A stretch of 64,000 nt of DNA from Polyangiaceae bacterium (GTDB taxonomy: Bacteria; Myxococcota_A; Polyangia; Polyangiales; Polyangiaceae): the NCBI GenBank assembly GCA_965222375.1, contig CBDCTZ010000016.1, forward strand, positions 2,688,001-2,752,000, read 5' to 3'. The notes below the pieces were generated by a model. The model saw nothing but the letters and a program-made list of their open reading frames with translations. It was not told the origin of the DNA and did not search any database. The translations under genes were made by a program, and so were the position numbers. Of this stretch, positions 46,986-56,985 are shown one piece after another (within the stretch, counting starts at the first letter, position 1; the number at the start of each line of letters is the position of its first letter).

Positions 46986-49900
46986 ATGAGCTGGATTCAG
47001 GACATCATCTCGCCGCAGACGCGGCAGTGGGAAGAGTTCTACCGCAATCGCTTTCAGCACGATCGCATCGTGCGCAGTACACATGGCGTGAACTGCACGG
47101 GTGGCTGCTCTTGGCAGATCCACGTGAAGGACGGGATCGTGGTTTGGGAAACGCAGCAGCTCGACTATCCGTTGCTGGAGGACTCCTTGCCTCCCTACGA
47201 GCCTCGTGGTTGCCAGCGCGGCATATCGTACTCCTGGTACCTGTATAGCCCGTTGCGCATCAAGTACCCGCTGATCCGGGGTGCATTGATCGACGCCTAC
47301 TTGAAAGAGAAGCGGGCTGCTGGGGGAGACCCGCTCAAAGCTTGGGAGAACCTGCAGAAGGATCCCAAGAAGCGGGCCTCATTCCAGAAAGCCCGGGGCA
47401 AGGGCGGGTTCCGCCGCGCGAGCTGGGACACGGTGCTCGAATTGATGGGGGCAGCGAACATCAGCACCGCCAAGAACTACGGCCCGGATCGGGTATTCGG
47501 CTTTTCGCCGATCCCGGCGATGAGCATGCTGAGCTACGCGGCCGGCGCCCGATTCATGCAGCTCTTCGGCGGCGCGAACTTGAGCTTCTACGATTGGTAC
47601 TGCGATCTGCCGACGGCTTTCCCGGAAATCTGGGGCGAGCAGACCGACGTCTGCGAGAGCGCGGATTGGTACAACGCCAAGATGATCGCGGACATGGGTG
47701 CGTGCTTGAACATGACGCGCACTCCGGACTGTCACTTCTTCGCGGAATCTCGGCACAACGGCACCAAGGCCGTGGTGTTCTCGCCCGACTTTTCACAGGT
47801 GTGCAAGTACGCCGACCAGTGGGTACCGCTACACGCGGGCAGCGACGGTGCGTTTTGGATGGCGGTATCGCACGTCATCCTCAAGGAGTTTCACCACGAG
47901 AAGGCGACCCCGTGGTTCATCGACTACGTCAAGCAGTACACAGATAGCCCCAACCTGGTGAAGCTCGAGAAGGTCGGTGACCATTACGTTCCGGGGCGGC
48001 TGCTGCGGGCAAACGAGATCGCCAAGTGGAAGGACATTGAAAACGGCGATTGGAAGTTCCTCAACGTCGACGCGAACACGAATGACCTCGTGGTGCCTAA
48101 GGGCGCTATCGGGCATCGCTGGGACAAAGACGGCGGGAAGTGGAACCTGAAGCTCGAAAACACTACCGACGACAAGGACTACGATCCGACCCTGTCGTTC
48201 CTAGACAATCGCGACGAAACCCTGCCCACCGAGTTCACGGAGTTCGGCCTGGACAAGAAAGCCGTGCGGAATGTCCCGGTGCGATTCATCGAGACGACGT
48301 CGGGCAAAGTTGCCGTCACCACCGTTTACGACCTGACCATGGCGCAGTACGGCGTCGGGCGCGGGCTGCCCGGCGAGTACCCCAAGGACTACACCGACAA
48401 AGACGCGGCCTACACGCCGGCTTGGCAGGAGATCTTCACTGGTGTGGATTCGAAGACGGTGCTGCAGTTCGCCCGGGAATGGGCAAACACCGCCGCGACG
48501 ACCAAGGGCAAGTGCATGATCATCATCGGCGCTGGTATCAACCACTGGTACCACGCCAACCTCATGTACCGAGCCGGCGCGATGGCCTTGATGCTGTCGG
48601 GTTGTGTCGGGCGAAACGGCGGCGGCCTGAACCACTACGTGGGTCAGGAGAAGCTCGCTCCGTCGGACTCTTGGGGGTCGGTTGCCTTCGCCAAGGACTG
48701 GCATCCCGCGTCGCGGCTCCAGCAGGCACCGCTCTGGCACTACATGAACACCTGCCAGTACCGTTACGACGGACAGTTCTCTCGGTACAACGCAGTTCCG
48801 AAGAACGAGTGGACCGAGATGCACACCGCGGACTCGATCTTCAAGGCGGTCCGCATGGGTTGGATGCCGTACTACCCGCAGTTCAAGCAGAACCCTCTCG
48901 AGCTTTGCGCGGAAGCGCAGAAACAGGGCGCAGGCTCCGACGACGAAATCAAGCAGTACGTCCTAGAGAAGCTAAAGAGCAAAAAGCTCGAGTATTCCGT
49001 CAGCGATCCCGATGCCGAGGAGAACTTCCCGCGCATTTGGTACATCTGGCGCGGCAACGCGATCATGGGCAGCATGAAGGGCCACGAGTACGCCCTCAAG
49101 CACTATCTAGGCACTCACTCCAACGCCATCGGCAAGGACTCGGAGGACCATACCAAAGAGGTCAAGTGGCACGACGTGGCACCCACCGGAAAGATGGACC
49201 TCGTTGTCGACCTGAACTTCCGCATGGATTCGTCGGCGCTGTATTCCGACATCGTGCTGCCCGCGGCCTCTTGGTACGAAAAGGCCGACCTCAACAGTAC
49301 GGACTTGCACTCCTTCATTCACCCGCTGTCCCAAGCGGTGGCGCCGGTCTGGGAGTCCAAGAGTGACTGGGAGATCTTCAAGGCAATTGCCCTAGCCACT
49401 TCCAACATCGCCAAGAAGTATCTGCCGGAGCCGATGAAGGACATCGTCGCCGCGCCCCTCGCCCACGACAGTCCCGATGAGATCACCCAGCCCACGGTCA
49501 AGGACTGGTACCACGGTGAATGCGAGGCGGTCCCGGGCAAGACCATGCACAAGCTGGCGGTCGTCGAGCGCGACTACACCAAGCTGTACGAGAGGTACAT
49601 TGCCCTCGGCGAAAACGTGCGCACGAAGGGACTCGGTGCCCACGGCGTCACCTACAAGTGCGAAGGGGAATACGACGAGTTGGTCGAGTCCAACCACTTC
49701 CCCGTCGAGAAGCTCAACGGAAAAGTCTACCCGTCTCTCAAGGAGGACTCCTGGGCCGCAAACGTGGTGCTTCATCTGTCTACTTTGACAAACGGCAAGA
49801 TCACGAACCGCGCGTACGGCAACATGGAGAAGAAGACCGGGCTCGAGCTGACCGACCTGTCCAAAGGCAGTGAGGATGTCAAATACACCTACGCTGACCT

Positions 49901-50603
49901 GCAGGCGCAGCCGCGTCGCTACAACACTTCGCCGCTGTGGTCAGGCTTGATGAACGAAGGCCGTGCCTATGCGCCATATACTTACAACTACGACAAGCTG
50001 GTGCCTTGGCGCACGCTGACGGGCCGGCAGCACTTCTATCTCGATCACGAGATGTACCTCGCGTACGGGGAGAATCTCCCAACCTACAAGCCTAGTCCCA
50101 AGCCGGAGGTGTACGGGGATCTGAAGCAGACCCTGAAGGACGGCGACGCGATGACGCTCAACTGCCTGACACCCCATGGCAAGTGGCACATCCACTCTAC
50201 CTACATGGAAAACCACCGCATGCTCACGCTCTCGCGTGGCTGCGAACCGTGCTGGATGAGTGAGGAGGACGCTGAAGCGTTGGGTATCCAGGACAACGAC
50301 TGGGTCGAGGTCTACAACGACCACGGCGTCTACTGCACCCGCGCCTCGGTCAGTGCCCGAATCCCGAGGGGCGTGTGCATCGTCTATCACGTGCCGGAAC
50401 GAACCGTCGGCATCCCCAAGTCCCAGGTACGCGGCAACCGGCGAGCAGGCGGACACAACAGCTTCACCCGCGTGCACCTCAAGCCCAACTTCCTCAGCGG
50501 CGGGTACGGACAGTTTTCGTATCACTTCAACTACTGGGGCCCCATCGCGCCGAACCGCGACACACATGTGGTCGTGAAGCGGATGGACAAAGTCGTTTTC
50601 TGA
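46986..50603 (+). CDS. narG: Respiratory nitrate reductase alpha subunit
   Basis: [14 protein letters not shown]0 motif, [30 protein letters not shown] and [11 protein letters not shown]; no Tat signal. Confidence 0.98.
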   Translation: MSWIQDIISPQTRQWEEFYRNRFQHDRIVRSTHGVNCTGGCSWQIHVKDGIVVWETQQLDYPLLEDSLPPYEPRGCQRGISYSWYLYSPLRIKYPLIRGALIDAYLKEKRAAGGDPLKAWENLQKDPKKRASFQKARGKGGFRRASWDTVLELMGAANISTAKNYGPDRVFGFSPIPAMSMLSYAAGARFMQLFGGANLSFYDWYCDLPTAFPEIWGEQTDVCESADWYNAKMIADMGACLNMTRTPDCHFFAESRHNGTKAVVFSPDFSQVCKYADQWVPLHAGSDGAFWMAVSHVILKEFHHEKATPWFIDYVKQYTDSPNLVKLEKVGDHYVPGRLLRANEIAKWKDIENGDWKFLNVDANTNDLVVPKGAIGHRWDKDGGKWNLKLENTTDDKDYDPTLSFLDNRDETLPTEFTEFGLDKKAVRNVPVRFIETTSGKVAVTTVYDLTMAQYGVGRGLPGEYPKDYTDKDAAYTPAWQEIFTGVDSKTVLQFAREWANTAATTKGKCMIIIGAGINHWYHANLMYRAGAMALMLSGCVGRNGGGLNHYVGQEKLAPSDSWGSVAFAKDWHPASRLQQAPLWHYMNTCQYRYDGQFSRYNAVPKNEWTEMHTADSIFKAVRMGWMPYYPQFKQNPLELCAEAQKQGAGSDDEIKQYVLEKLKSKKLEYSVSDPDAEENFPRIWYIWRGNAIMGSMKGHEYALKHYLGTHSNAIGKDSEDHTKEVKWHDVAPTGKMDLVVDLNFRMDSSALYSDIVLPAASWYEKADLNSTDLHSFIHPLSQAVAPVWESKSDWEIFKAIALATSNIAKKYLPEPMKDIVAAPLAHDSPDEITQPTVKDWYHGECEAVPGKTMHKLAVVERDYTKLYERYIALGENVRTKGLGAHGVTYKCEGEYDELVESNHFPVEKLNGKVYPSLKEDSWAANVVLHLSTLTNGKITNRAYGNMEKKTGLELTDLSKGSEDVKYTYADLQAQPRRYNTSPLWSGLMNEGRAYAPYTYNYDKLVPWRTLTGRQHFYLDHEMYLAYGENLPTYKPSPKPEVYGDLKQTLKDGDAMTLNCLTPHGKWHIHSTYMENHRMLTLSRGCEPCWMSEEDAEALGIQDNDWVEVYNDHGVYCTRASVSARIPRGVCIVYHVPERTVGIPKSQVRGNRRAGGHNSFTRVHLKPNFLSGGYGQFSYHFNYWGPIAPNRDTHVVVKRMDKVVF

Positions 50604-50619
50604 GAGACCAGCGGAGGAA

Positions 50620-52176
50620 ATGAAGATGGATATCAGAGCTCAAATCTCGATGGTCTTTCACCTCGACAAGTGCATCGGGTGCCACACGTGCTCCATTGCT
50701 TGCAAGAACATCTGGACCGACCGCAAGGGCGTCGAATACCAGTGGTGGAACAACGTAGAAACCAAGCCCGGCACTGGCTACCCCAGCAAGTGGGAAGACC
50801 AAGACATCTATCGCGGTGGTTGGGCACGAGGCACTGACGGCAAGATCCACCTGAAAGGCGCGGGGAAGAAGAAGGGGTTGTTCAACATCTTCCACAACCC
50901 CAGCTTTCCGACCGTCGAGGATTACTACGAGCCCTTCACCTACGACTATCTCAATCTAATCGAGGCCCCCGCAGGCAACGATCAGCCGACGGCTCGTCCC
51001 GTTTCCCTCATCACGGGTGAACCGATGGACGTGAAGATGGGCCCGAACTGGGACGACGACATGTCCGGCACACCGGACTACGCGCGCAACGACCCCAACA
51101 TGGAGGGGCTGACGCCGGCAGAGCAAGAGGCGATGTTCCAACTCGAACGCATGGCGTTCTTCTACCTCCCTCGCATCTGCAACCACTGCCTGAACCCCGG
51201 CTGCGTCGCATCCTGTCCCTCCGGGGCGATCTACAAGCGCGGGGAGGACGGCATCGTGCTGATCAACCAGCAAGTGTGCCGAGCCTGGCGCATGTGCGTC
51301 ACGGCGTGCCCCTACAAGAAGTCTTATTACAACTGGCACACCGGCAAGAGCGAGAAGTGCATCCTATGCTTCCCGCGCATCGAAGCAGGGTATGCCCCCG
51401 CTTGCATGCACTCCTGCGTGGGACGTATCCGTTACCTGGGCGTCATGCTCTACGACGCGGATGAAATCGAGCGCATCGCGTCCCTTCCGGAAAAGGATCT
51501 GGTCGATGGCCAGTTGAAGATGATCAAGGACCCCTTCGATCCTGAGGTCATCAAGGCTGCCAAGGCCAACGGAGTGCCGGACTCGACGATCAAGGCGGCA
51601 CAGACCTCACCTACATACAAGTTCGTAAAGGAGTGGGGCATGGCGTTGCCGTTGCACCCAGAGTTCCGCACGCTGCCCATGCTCTTCTACGTGCCCCCGC
51701 TCCTGCCAGTGATGGCCTCGGTCCGGGACACAGATGGCGCCCAAAAAGAAAACCTGAATTCCATCGCAAAGACATGGACCGACAACTGGCTCTACGACAC
51801 CAGTACTGAAGAGCTGTGGGGAACCGTCGAGCAGGCACGTTTCCCATTGAAGTACATGGCGAATCTGTTCAGCGCGGGAGACGAGTCGCTGGTGGCGGAC
51901 AAGCTCAAGAAGTTGATGGCGGTCCGCATCTATCGACGCTGGAAGACCGTCGGCGACATCGACGAAGCCAAGGTGAACAAAGCGCTTGGTGACACCAAGC
52001 TCACCAAGGAATCTGCCGAGGCCATCTACTACCTAACGAGCTTGGCCAAGTTCGACGATCGCTTCGACGTGCCTCCCGCGCACCGTGAGCAGGCGCTCGA
52101 AATGCTCGAATTCACCGGGGACACTCGAGGATCCGTTGGGTTCGGGTTCCGCGAAAGGCCGGCGCGAGGTTCATGA
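50620..52176 (+). CDS. narH: Respiratory nitrate reductase beta subunit
   Basis: LDKCIGCHTCSIACK, RICNHCLNPGCVASCP, CRAWRMCVTACP and KCILCFPR motifs. Confidence 0.98.
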   Translation: MKMDIRAQISMVFHLDKCIGCHTCSIACKNIWTDRKGVEYQWWNNVETKPGTGYPSKWEDQDIYRGGWARGTDGKIHLKGAGKKKGLFNIFHNPSFPTVEDYYEPFTYDYLNLIEAPAGNDQPTARPVSLITGEPMDVKMGPNWDDDMSGTPDYARNDPNMEGLTPAEQEAMFQLERMAFFYLPRICNHCLNPGCVASCPSGAIYKRGEDGIVLINQQVCRAWRMCVTACPYKKSYYNWHTGKSEKCILCFPRIEAGYAPACMHSCVGRIRYLGVMLYDADEIERIASLPEKDLVDGQLKMIKDPFDPEVIKAAKANGVPDSTIKAAQTSPTYKFVKEWGMALPLHPEFRTLPMLFYVPPLLPVMASVRDTDGAQKENLNSIAKTWTDNWLYDTSTEELWGTVEQARFPLKYMANLFSAGDESLVADKLKKLMAVRIYRRWKTVGDIDEAKVNKALGDTKLTKESAEAIYYLTSLAKFDDRFDVPPAHREQALEMLEFTGDTRGSVGFGFRERPARGS

Positions 52177-52859
52177 TGGAATCGGCAGCCTACGAGCAGC
52201 TCGCTGCGGTCTTCGAGCATCCGACTCCGAGCTTCGGCAACGCGATCAGCAGCGCCGCGGACGCGCTGCGCAGCCGCTACCCGCGCGCCGCGGCTTCGAT
52301 GGACGAGTTCTGCAAGCTCGTGCCAAGCGACGACTTGATCGCGATGCAGGAGCTCCACACCCGTACCTTCGATGTGCAAGCCATCACCACGCTCGACATC
52401 GGGTACACCCTGTTCGGAGAGGACTACAAACGCGGGGCCTTGCTCGCGAACCTGAGCGCCGAACACAAGAAGGCCGACAATGACTGCGGCGCAGAGCTGG
52501 GCGACCACTTGACTAACGTTTTGCGGCTGCTGCCCAAGCTCGCAGACAAGGACCTCCGGGCGGAATTCGTCCAGGTGATCTTGGCACCGGCTCTGCGGCA
52601 GATGATCCAGGAATTCGAACCGGCGCGCGTTGCCAAGAAAGAAGAAACTTACAAGAAGCATCACAAGACGCTGATTGAACACGCGGAGGCGGACCTTCGG
52701 TTCGGGTATCGCCACGCGCTTGAAGCGCTCTACGAAGTGCTCCGCACCGACTTCCCGCTCAGGGTCGGCCTGCCACTCGAGCAGGCTTCGGCGTTCGAGC
52801 GGGGCGTCGAGGTCGAGCTAGGTATCGAAGACAACCCCGCGCCTTGCGCGTCAACCTGA
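52173..52859 (+). CDS. narJ: Nitrate reductase molybdenum cofactor assembly chaperone
   Basis: TRTFD, LFGEDYKRG and ELGDHL (TorD/NarJ-type motif); lies between narH and narI. Confidence 0.88.
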   Translation: MMESAAYEQLAAVFEHPTPSFGNAISSAADALRSRYPRAAASMDEFCKLVPSDDLIAMQELHTRTFDVQAITTLDIGYTLFGEDYKRGALLANLSAEHKKADNDCGAELGDHLTNVLRLLPKLADKDLRAEFVQVILAPALRQMIQEFEPARVAKKEETYKKHHKTLIEHAEADLRFGYRHALEALYEVLRTDFPLRVGLPLEQASAFERGVEVELGIEDNPAPCAST

Positions 52860-52869
52860 GAGTGTCGCC

Positions 52870-53598
52870 ATGGATCTACCGAACGTATTCCTCTTCATCG
52901 GAGTCCCCTACATCGCCATGGTGGTGTTCCTAATCGGCACCATACAGCGCTACCGGAACACGGGATTCAAAGTCTCGTCGCTGTCTTCCCAATTCTTGGA
53001 GGGCCGCTCGTTGTTCTGGGGTGTGATTCCGTTCCATATCGGGATCTTGGTTGCCTTCTTCGGGCACCTGATAGCGTTTCTTCTCCCGGAGGGCACCCTG
53101 CTCTGGAACGCCAACCCAGTGCGACTCATTGCGCTCGAAGTCACCGGATTTGCGTTCGGCCTGAGCGTTCTGGTTGGCCTCCTCGCTCTCATGATTCGCC
53201 GCTTGACCAATCCTCGTGTCAAGATGGTCACCACCAAGATGGATGTGGTCTTGGAGTTCTTGCTGCTGGCTCAGACCTGCCTCGGGCTCTACATCGCCTT
53301 CGGACACCGCTGGGGATCAAGCTGGTTCGCCGCGGACCTGTCTCCGTACCTGTGGTCTCTGTTCAAGTTGAGCCCAGAAATCGCCGCCGTGAGCGCGATG
53401 CCCATCGTGATCAAGCTCCACATCATCGGAGCGTTCCTGCTACTCGGGATCTTCCCGTTCACCCGACTGGTGCACATGATGGTTGCGCCGTTGCACTACA
53501 TCACTCGCCCATACCAGCGTGTGATCTGGAACTACAATCGGAACGCAGTTCGCAGTGCCAATTCGCCTTGGACGCACACCCGACCGCGGAACAATTGA
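52870..53598 (+). CDS. narI: Respiratory nitrate reductase gamma subunit (cytochrome b)
   Basis: SSLSSQFLE; haem-ligand His in FHIGIL..FFGH, KLHI and PFTRLVH. Confidence 0.96.
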   Translation: MDLPNVFLFIGVPYIAMVVFLIGTIQRYRNTGFKVSSLSSQFLEGRSLFWGVIPFHIGILVAFFGHLIAFLLPEGTLLWNANPVRLIALEVTGFAFGLSVLVGLLALMIRRLTNPRVKMVTTKMDVVLEFLLLAQTCLGLYIAFGHRWGSSWFAADLSPYLWSLFKLSPEIAAVSAMPIVIKLHIIGAFLLLGIFPFTRLVHMMVAPLHYITRPYQRVIWNYNRNAVRSANSPWTHTRPRNN

Positions 53599-53613
53599 CA
53601 TTGTTGGCGGCAG

Positions 53614-55311
53614 GTGACCACGCTACCCAACTCAACGTCACATAAGACGCTGTTCCTCAACACGCTCGCGTTCACGATCTGCTTCGCGGTGTGGATGGTC
53701 AATGGCGTCTTGGTGACGTTCTTGGCCGCGAACCAGGTCTTTGACTGGGGCCCGGTCGAGGTGGGTTGGCTAATGGGGATCCCGGTCCTCACCGGCGCTC
53801 TCTTTCGCTTGCCCGCTGGGATCCTCACCGACAAGTACGGCGGTAAACCTGTCTTTGGCGCGCTGCTCTTGTTCTGCGCCATCCCGATGTTCCTGCTTTC
53901 ATATGCGAGCAGCTTCTGGCAGTTCGCGTTGTGCAGCTTTGGTTTCGGCATGGCCGGAACCGGCTTTTCCATCGGCATCGCTTACACCGCAGTTTGGTAC
54001 CCCAGGAAGAACCAGGGCTTTGCGCTCGGCGTTTTTGGCGCCGGAAATGCGGGTGCGGCGGTTACGACGCTCATCGCGCCAAGCTTGCTGATCAAGTGGA
54101 CCAGCGGCGGTGAAAACCTCGACGCATGGCGACAACTACCTGTTGCCTACGCGTTGCTGCTGCTCGTCACGGGAGTGGGGTTCCTGCTGCTCTCCACCAA
54201 CAAGCGTCCTGACGTCCCGGACAAGAGTGTCGCCAAGATGCTCGAGCCGCTCAGGAGCGTGCGGGTTTGGCGCTTCGGCCTGTACTACTTCCTGGTCTTC
54301 GGCTGCTTCGTGGCGTTTTCGCAATGGCTCGTGCCCTACTTCGTGAACGTCTACCAGATGAGCCTGGTGACAGCTGGCCTTCTGGCGGCACTGTTCAGCT
54401 TTCCCTCGGGTGTGATTCGCGCCTTGGGTGGCTGGATGAGCGACAAGTTTGGCGCTCGACGAGTGATGTTCGGCGTGCTCTGGGCGTCCTGCTTGATCAG
54501 CCTCGCCTTGACGGTGCCGAGGATGGAGATCTTCTCGCCGGGCAGGGGCATCATGGCAACGGCGCCAGGCACCGTCACGCAAGCTTCGGCCACGGAAGTG
54601 CGAGTTGACGACGAGACCTATGCCCTCACGGAGAAGCCTGGGACCGCATCTAAGCCGGAACGCGATCTCGTCGTCTTTCCCACTAAAGAGATGTGGCAGG
54701 AACCCGTGGTCAAGGTTGGGGACACTGTCGAAAAGAAGCAGCTGCTTGCCCGAGGCGTGACCCGCATCTTCTTCCAGGCCAACGTTTGGATCTTTGCTGT
54801 ACTGGCGATCGCCCTTGGGTCGATCTGGGGCATCGGGAAAGCCGGCGTCTACAAGTACATCCCGGACTACTTCCCGAATCAAGTTGGCGTGGTCGGAGGC
54901 ATGGTCGGTGTGCTTGGGGGATTGGGAGGCTTCTTCTGCCCGATCCTCTTCGGCTACCTCCTCGAGGGCACCGGGCTCTGGACGAGCTGCTGGATGTTGA
55001 TGTTCGCCATCTCGTTGGTATGCCTGGTCTGGCTGCAACGGGTGACGGCACGCATCACCGCCAAGGCTGCGCCGCATGTTGCCAATGACTTCGAGGAACA
55101 CGCTGGCGGCTCACCTCACGAGGATGTCACTCTGCGCTGCCCGCATGCCGACAGCGTTTCGGCACTCGTGAAACTGCGAATGCGCAAAGGCGACCCCGCC
55201 GTTTTCGAGGTGGCGGAATGCTCCCATTGGAAGGACGGCCGCGCGCCGCAAGGTTGCGAATTTGGATGCGGTACGACCCAAGGCGCCCAGGTTGGGTTTG
55301 CCAAGGCCTGA
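53614..55311 (+). CDS. narK: NarK1-type nitrate transporter with an inserted soluble domain and a Cys-rich C-terminal extension
   Basis: NTLAFTICFAVW, ALGVFGAGNAG, WRFGLYYFLVFG, IRALGGWMSD and GGLGGFF motifs. Confidence 0.92.
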   Translation: MTTLPNSTSHKTLFLNTLAFTICFAVWMVNGVLVTFLAANQVFDWGPVEVGWLMGIPVLTGALFRLPAGILTDKYGGKPVFGALLLFCAIPMFLLSYASSFWQFALCSFGFGMAGTGFSIGIAYTAVWYPRKNQGFALGVFGAGNAGAAVTTLIAPSLLIKWTSGGENLDAWRQLPVAYALLLLVTGVGFLLLSTNKRPDVPDKSVAKMLEPLRSVRVWRFGLYYFLVFGCFVAFSQWLVPYFVNVYQMSLVTAGLLAALFSFPSGVIRALGGWMSDKFGARRVMFGVLWASCLISLALTVPRMEIFSPGRGIMATAPGTVTQASATEVRVDDETYALTEKPGTASKPERDLVVFPTKEMWQEPVVKVGDTVEKKQLLARGVTRIFFQANVWIFAVLAIALGSIWGIGKAGVYKYIPDYFPNQVGVVGGMVGVLGGLGGFFCPILFGYLLEGTGLWTSCWMLMFAISLVCLVWLQRVTARITAKAAPHVANDFEEHAGGSPHEDVTLRCPHADSVSALVKLRMRKGDPAVFEVAECSHWKDGRAPQGCEFGCGTTQGAQVGFAKA

Positions 55312-55359
55312 CTAAACTTACGAAATGAAGCTTTCTGAGGCCGACGACGGAGATGAACC

Positions 55360-56964
55360 ATGTCAGCGAATATCGAGAAGTGGGATGTCGAGGACGAGAA
55401 GTTTTGGGAGAGCACGGGCAAGCGCATAGCGACTCGTAACCTGTGGATCTCGATCCCAAGCCTGCTGTGTGGATTCGCAGTTTGGCTCTACTGGGGAATC
55501 ATCACAGTACAGATGCTCAACCTGGGGTTCCCGTTTTCCCAGGCTCAACTGTTCACCCTGATGAGCATCGCTGGACTCAGCGGCGCCACGCTGCGAATTC
55601 CCAGCACTTTCTTCATCCGGATCGCAGGTGGGCGAAACACGATCTTCCTCACGACAGCGCTCTTGATGATCCCCGCGGCCGGCACCGGTATCGCCCTGCG
55701 GGATCCAAACACACCGCTTTGGGTGTACCAAATACTGGCACTCCTTTCGGGATTCGGTGGCGGAAACTTCGCGTCATCCATGTCCAACATCAGCTTCTTC
55801 TTTCCGAAGAAGGTGCAAGGCACCTCCCTGGGGTTGAACGCGGGCTTGGGCAATTTCGGCGTAACCACGATGCAAGTCTTGGTTCCGCTGGTGATGACGG
55901 CCGGCGTTTTCGGCGGCGCGCCGTTGGTTTTGAAGAGTTCGAGCGGTACTCTGATCGGCAAGATCCCCGCCGGCACTGAGACCTACATTCACAACGCCGG
56001 CTTCGTTTGGTTGGTGCTCCTCGTCCCACTGGCTTTTGCAGGCTGGTTCGGGATGAACAACATCAAGACCCCGACCGTCACCCCGAAGCCGGGCAACCCG
56101 CCGGCAGCCTTCGTCAAGATTCTCGGGCTCTTGATGATCGGTCTGGTCATGGCTGCCGCTGGTCTGTACATCATGCTGCCCAAACCGACAGGACTTGGGC
56201 TGTTGAGCAAGTGGCTCGTCCTTCCCGCAGTCATCGCCGGGGTCGTTCTGGCCATGCGCTACCTGACGACCGGGCCGCTGCAAGAGAACCTCAAGCGGCA
56301 ATACAAAATCTTCAACGACAAACACACCTGGGCCATGACCGTCATCTACACGATGACCTTCGGCTCCTTCATCGGCTATTCTGCTGCCTTCGCCTTGTCG
56401 ATCAAGGTCATTTTTGGGTTCAAGCACGTCATGGTTGACGGAACGCTGACGCATGACATCGCGAACCCGAACGGCCCGAGTGCTCTGATGTACGCTTGGA
56501 TGGGACCGTTCATTGGTGCCCTGATTCGACCCGTGGGAGGGAAGATCTCCGACAAGCTCGGTGGTGCCCGCGTGACCCATTGGGTGAGCGCCGTGATGAT
56601 TGGTGCCGCTTTGGGCGTCGCCTACTTCATGAACAAGGCCTATCAGTCCGAAACGCCGGAGCAGTTCTTCTGGCCCTTCTTCGGCTTGTTCATCTTGCTC
56701 TTCACCGCCACGGGAGTGGGCAACGGCTCGACGTTTCGCACCATTGCCATGGTTTTCAACGAGGAACAGGCCGGCCCCGTGCTGGGATGGACATCTGCGG
56801 TCGCGGCCTATGGTGCCTTCATCATCCCCAAGGTCTTTGGTGAGCAAATCAAGGCAACCACGCCGCAGTACGCCTTGTACGGCTTCGCGGTCTTCTACGC
56901 CATCTGCCTGGCGCTCAATTGGTGGTTCTACTTGCGACCAAACGCCTACGTGAAGAACCCTTGA
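55360..56964 (+). CDS. narK: NarK2-type nitrate/nitrite antiporter
   Basis: WDVEDEKFWE...ATRNLWISIP, GGGNFASSMSNISFFFPK, GLNAGLGNFG, TFGSFIG and GNGSTF motifs. Confidence 0.95.
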   Translation: MSANIEKWDVEDEKFWESTGKRIATRNLWISIPSLLCGFAVWLYWGIITVQMLNLGFPFSQAQLFTLMSIAGLSGATLRIPSTFFIRIAGGRNTIFLTTALLMIPAAGTGIALRDPNTPLWVYQILALLSGFGGGNFASSMSNISFFFPKKVQGTSLGLNAGLGNFGVTTMQVLVPLVMTAGVFGGAPLVLKSSSGTLIGKIPAGTETYIHNAGFVWLVLLVPLAFAGWFGMNNIKTPTVTPKPGNPPAAFVKILGLLMIGLVMAAAGLYIMLPKPTGLGLLSKWLVLPAVIAGVVLAMRYLTTGPLQENLKRQYKIFNDKHTWAMTVIYTMTFGSFIGYSAAFALSIKVIFGFKHVMVDGTLTHDIANPNGPSALMYAWMGPFIGALIRPVGGKISDKLGGARVTHWVSAVMIGAALGVAYFMNKAYQSETPEQFFWPFFGLFILLFTATGVGNGSTFRTIAMVFNEEQAGPVLGWTSAVAAYGAFIIPKVFGEQIKATTPQYALYGFAVFYAICLALNWWFYLRPNAYVKNP

Positions 56965-56985
56965 CCTGCAGCGGGCTGCGCGGCT

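Noticed and set aside
46986..50603. NarG as nitrite oxidoreductase (NxrA) or a periplasmic Nar
   Set aside because: No Tat signal, and narJ, narI and narK are present, which fits a cytoplasm-facing respiratory Nar. A phylogeny would be needed to exclude Nxr formally.
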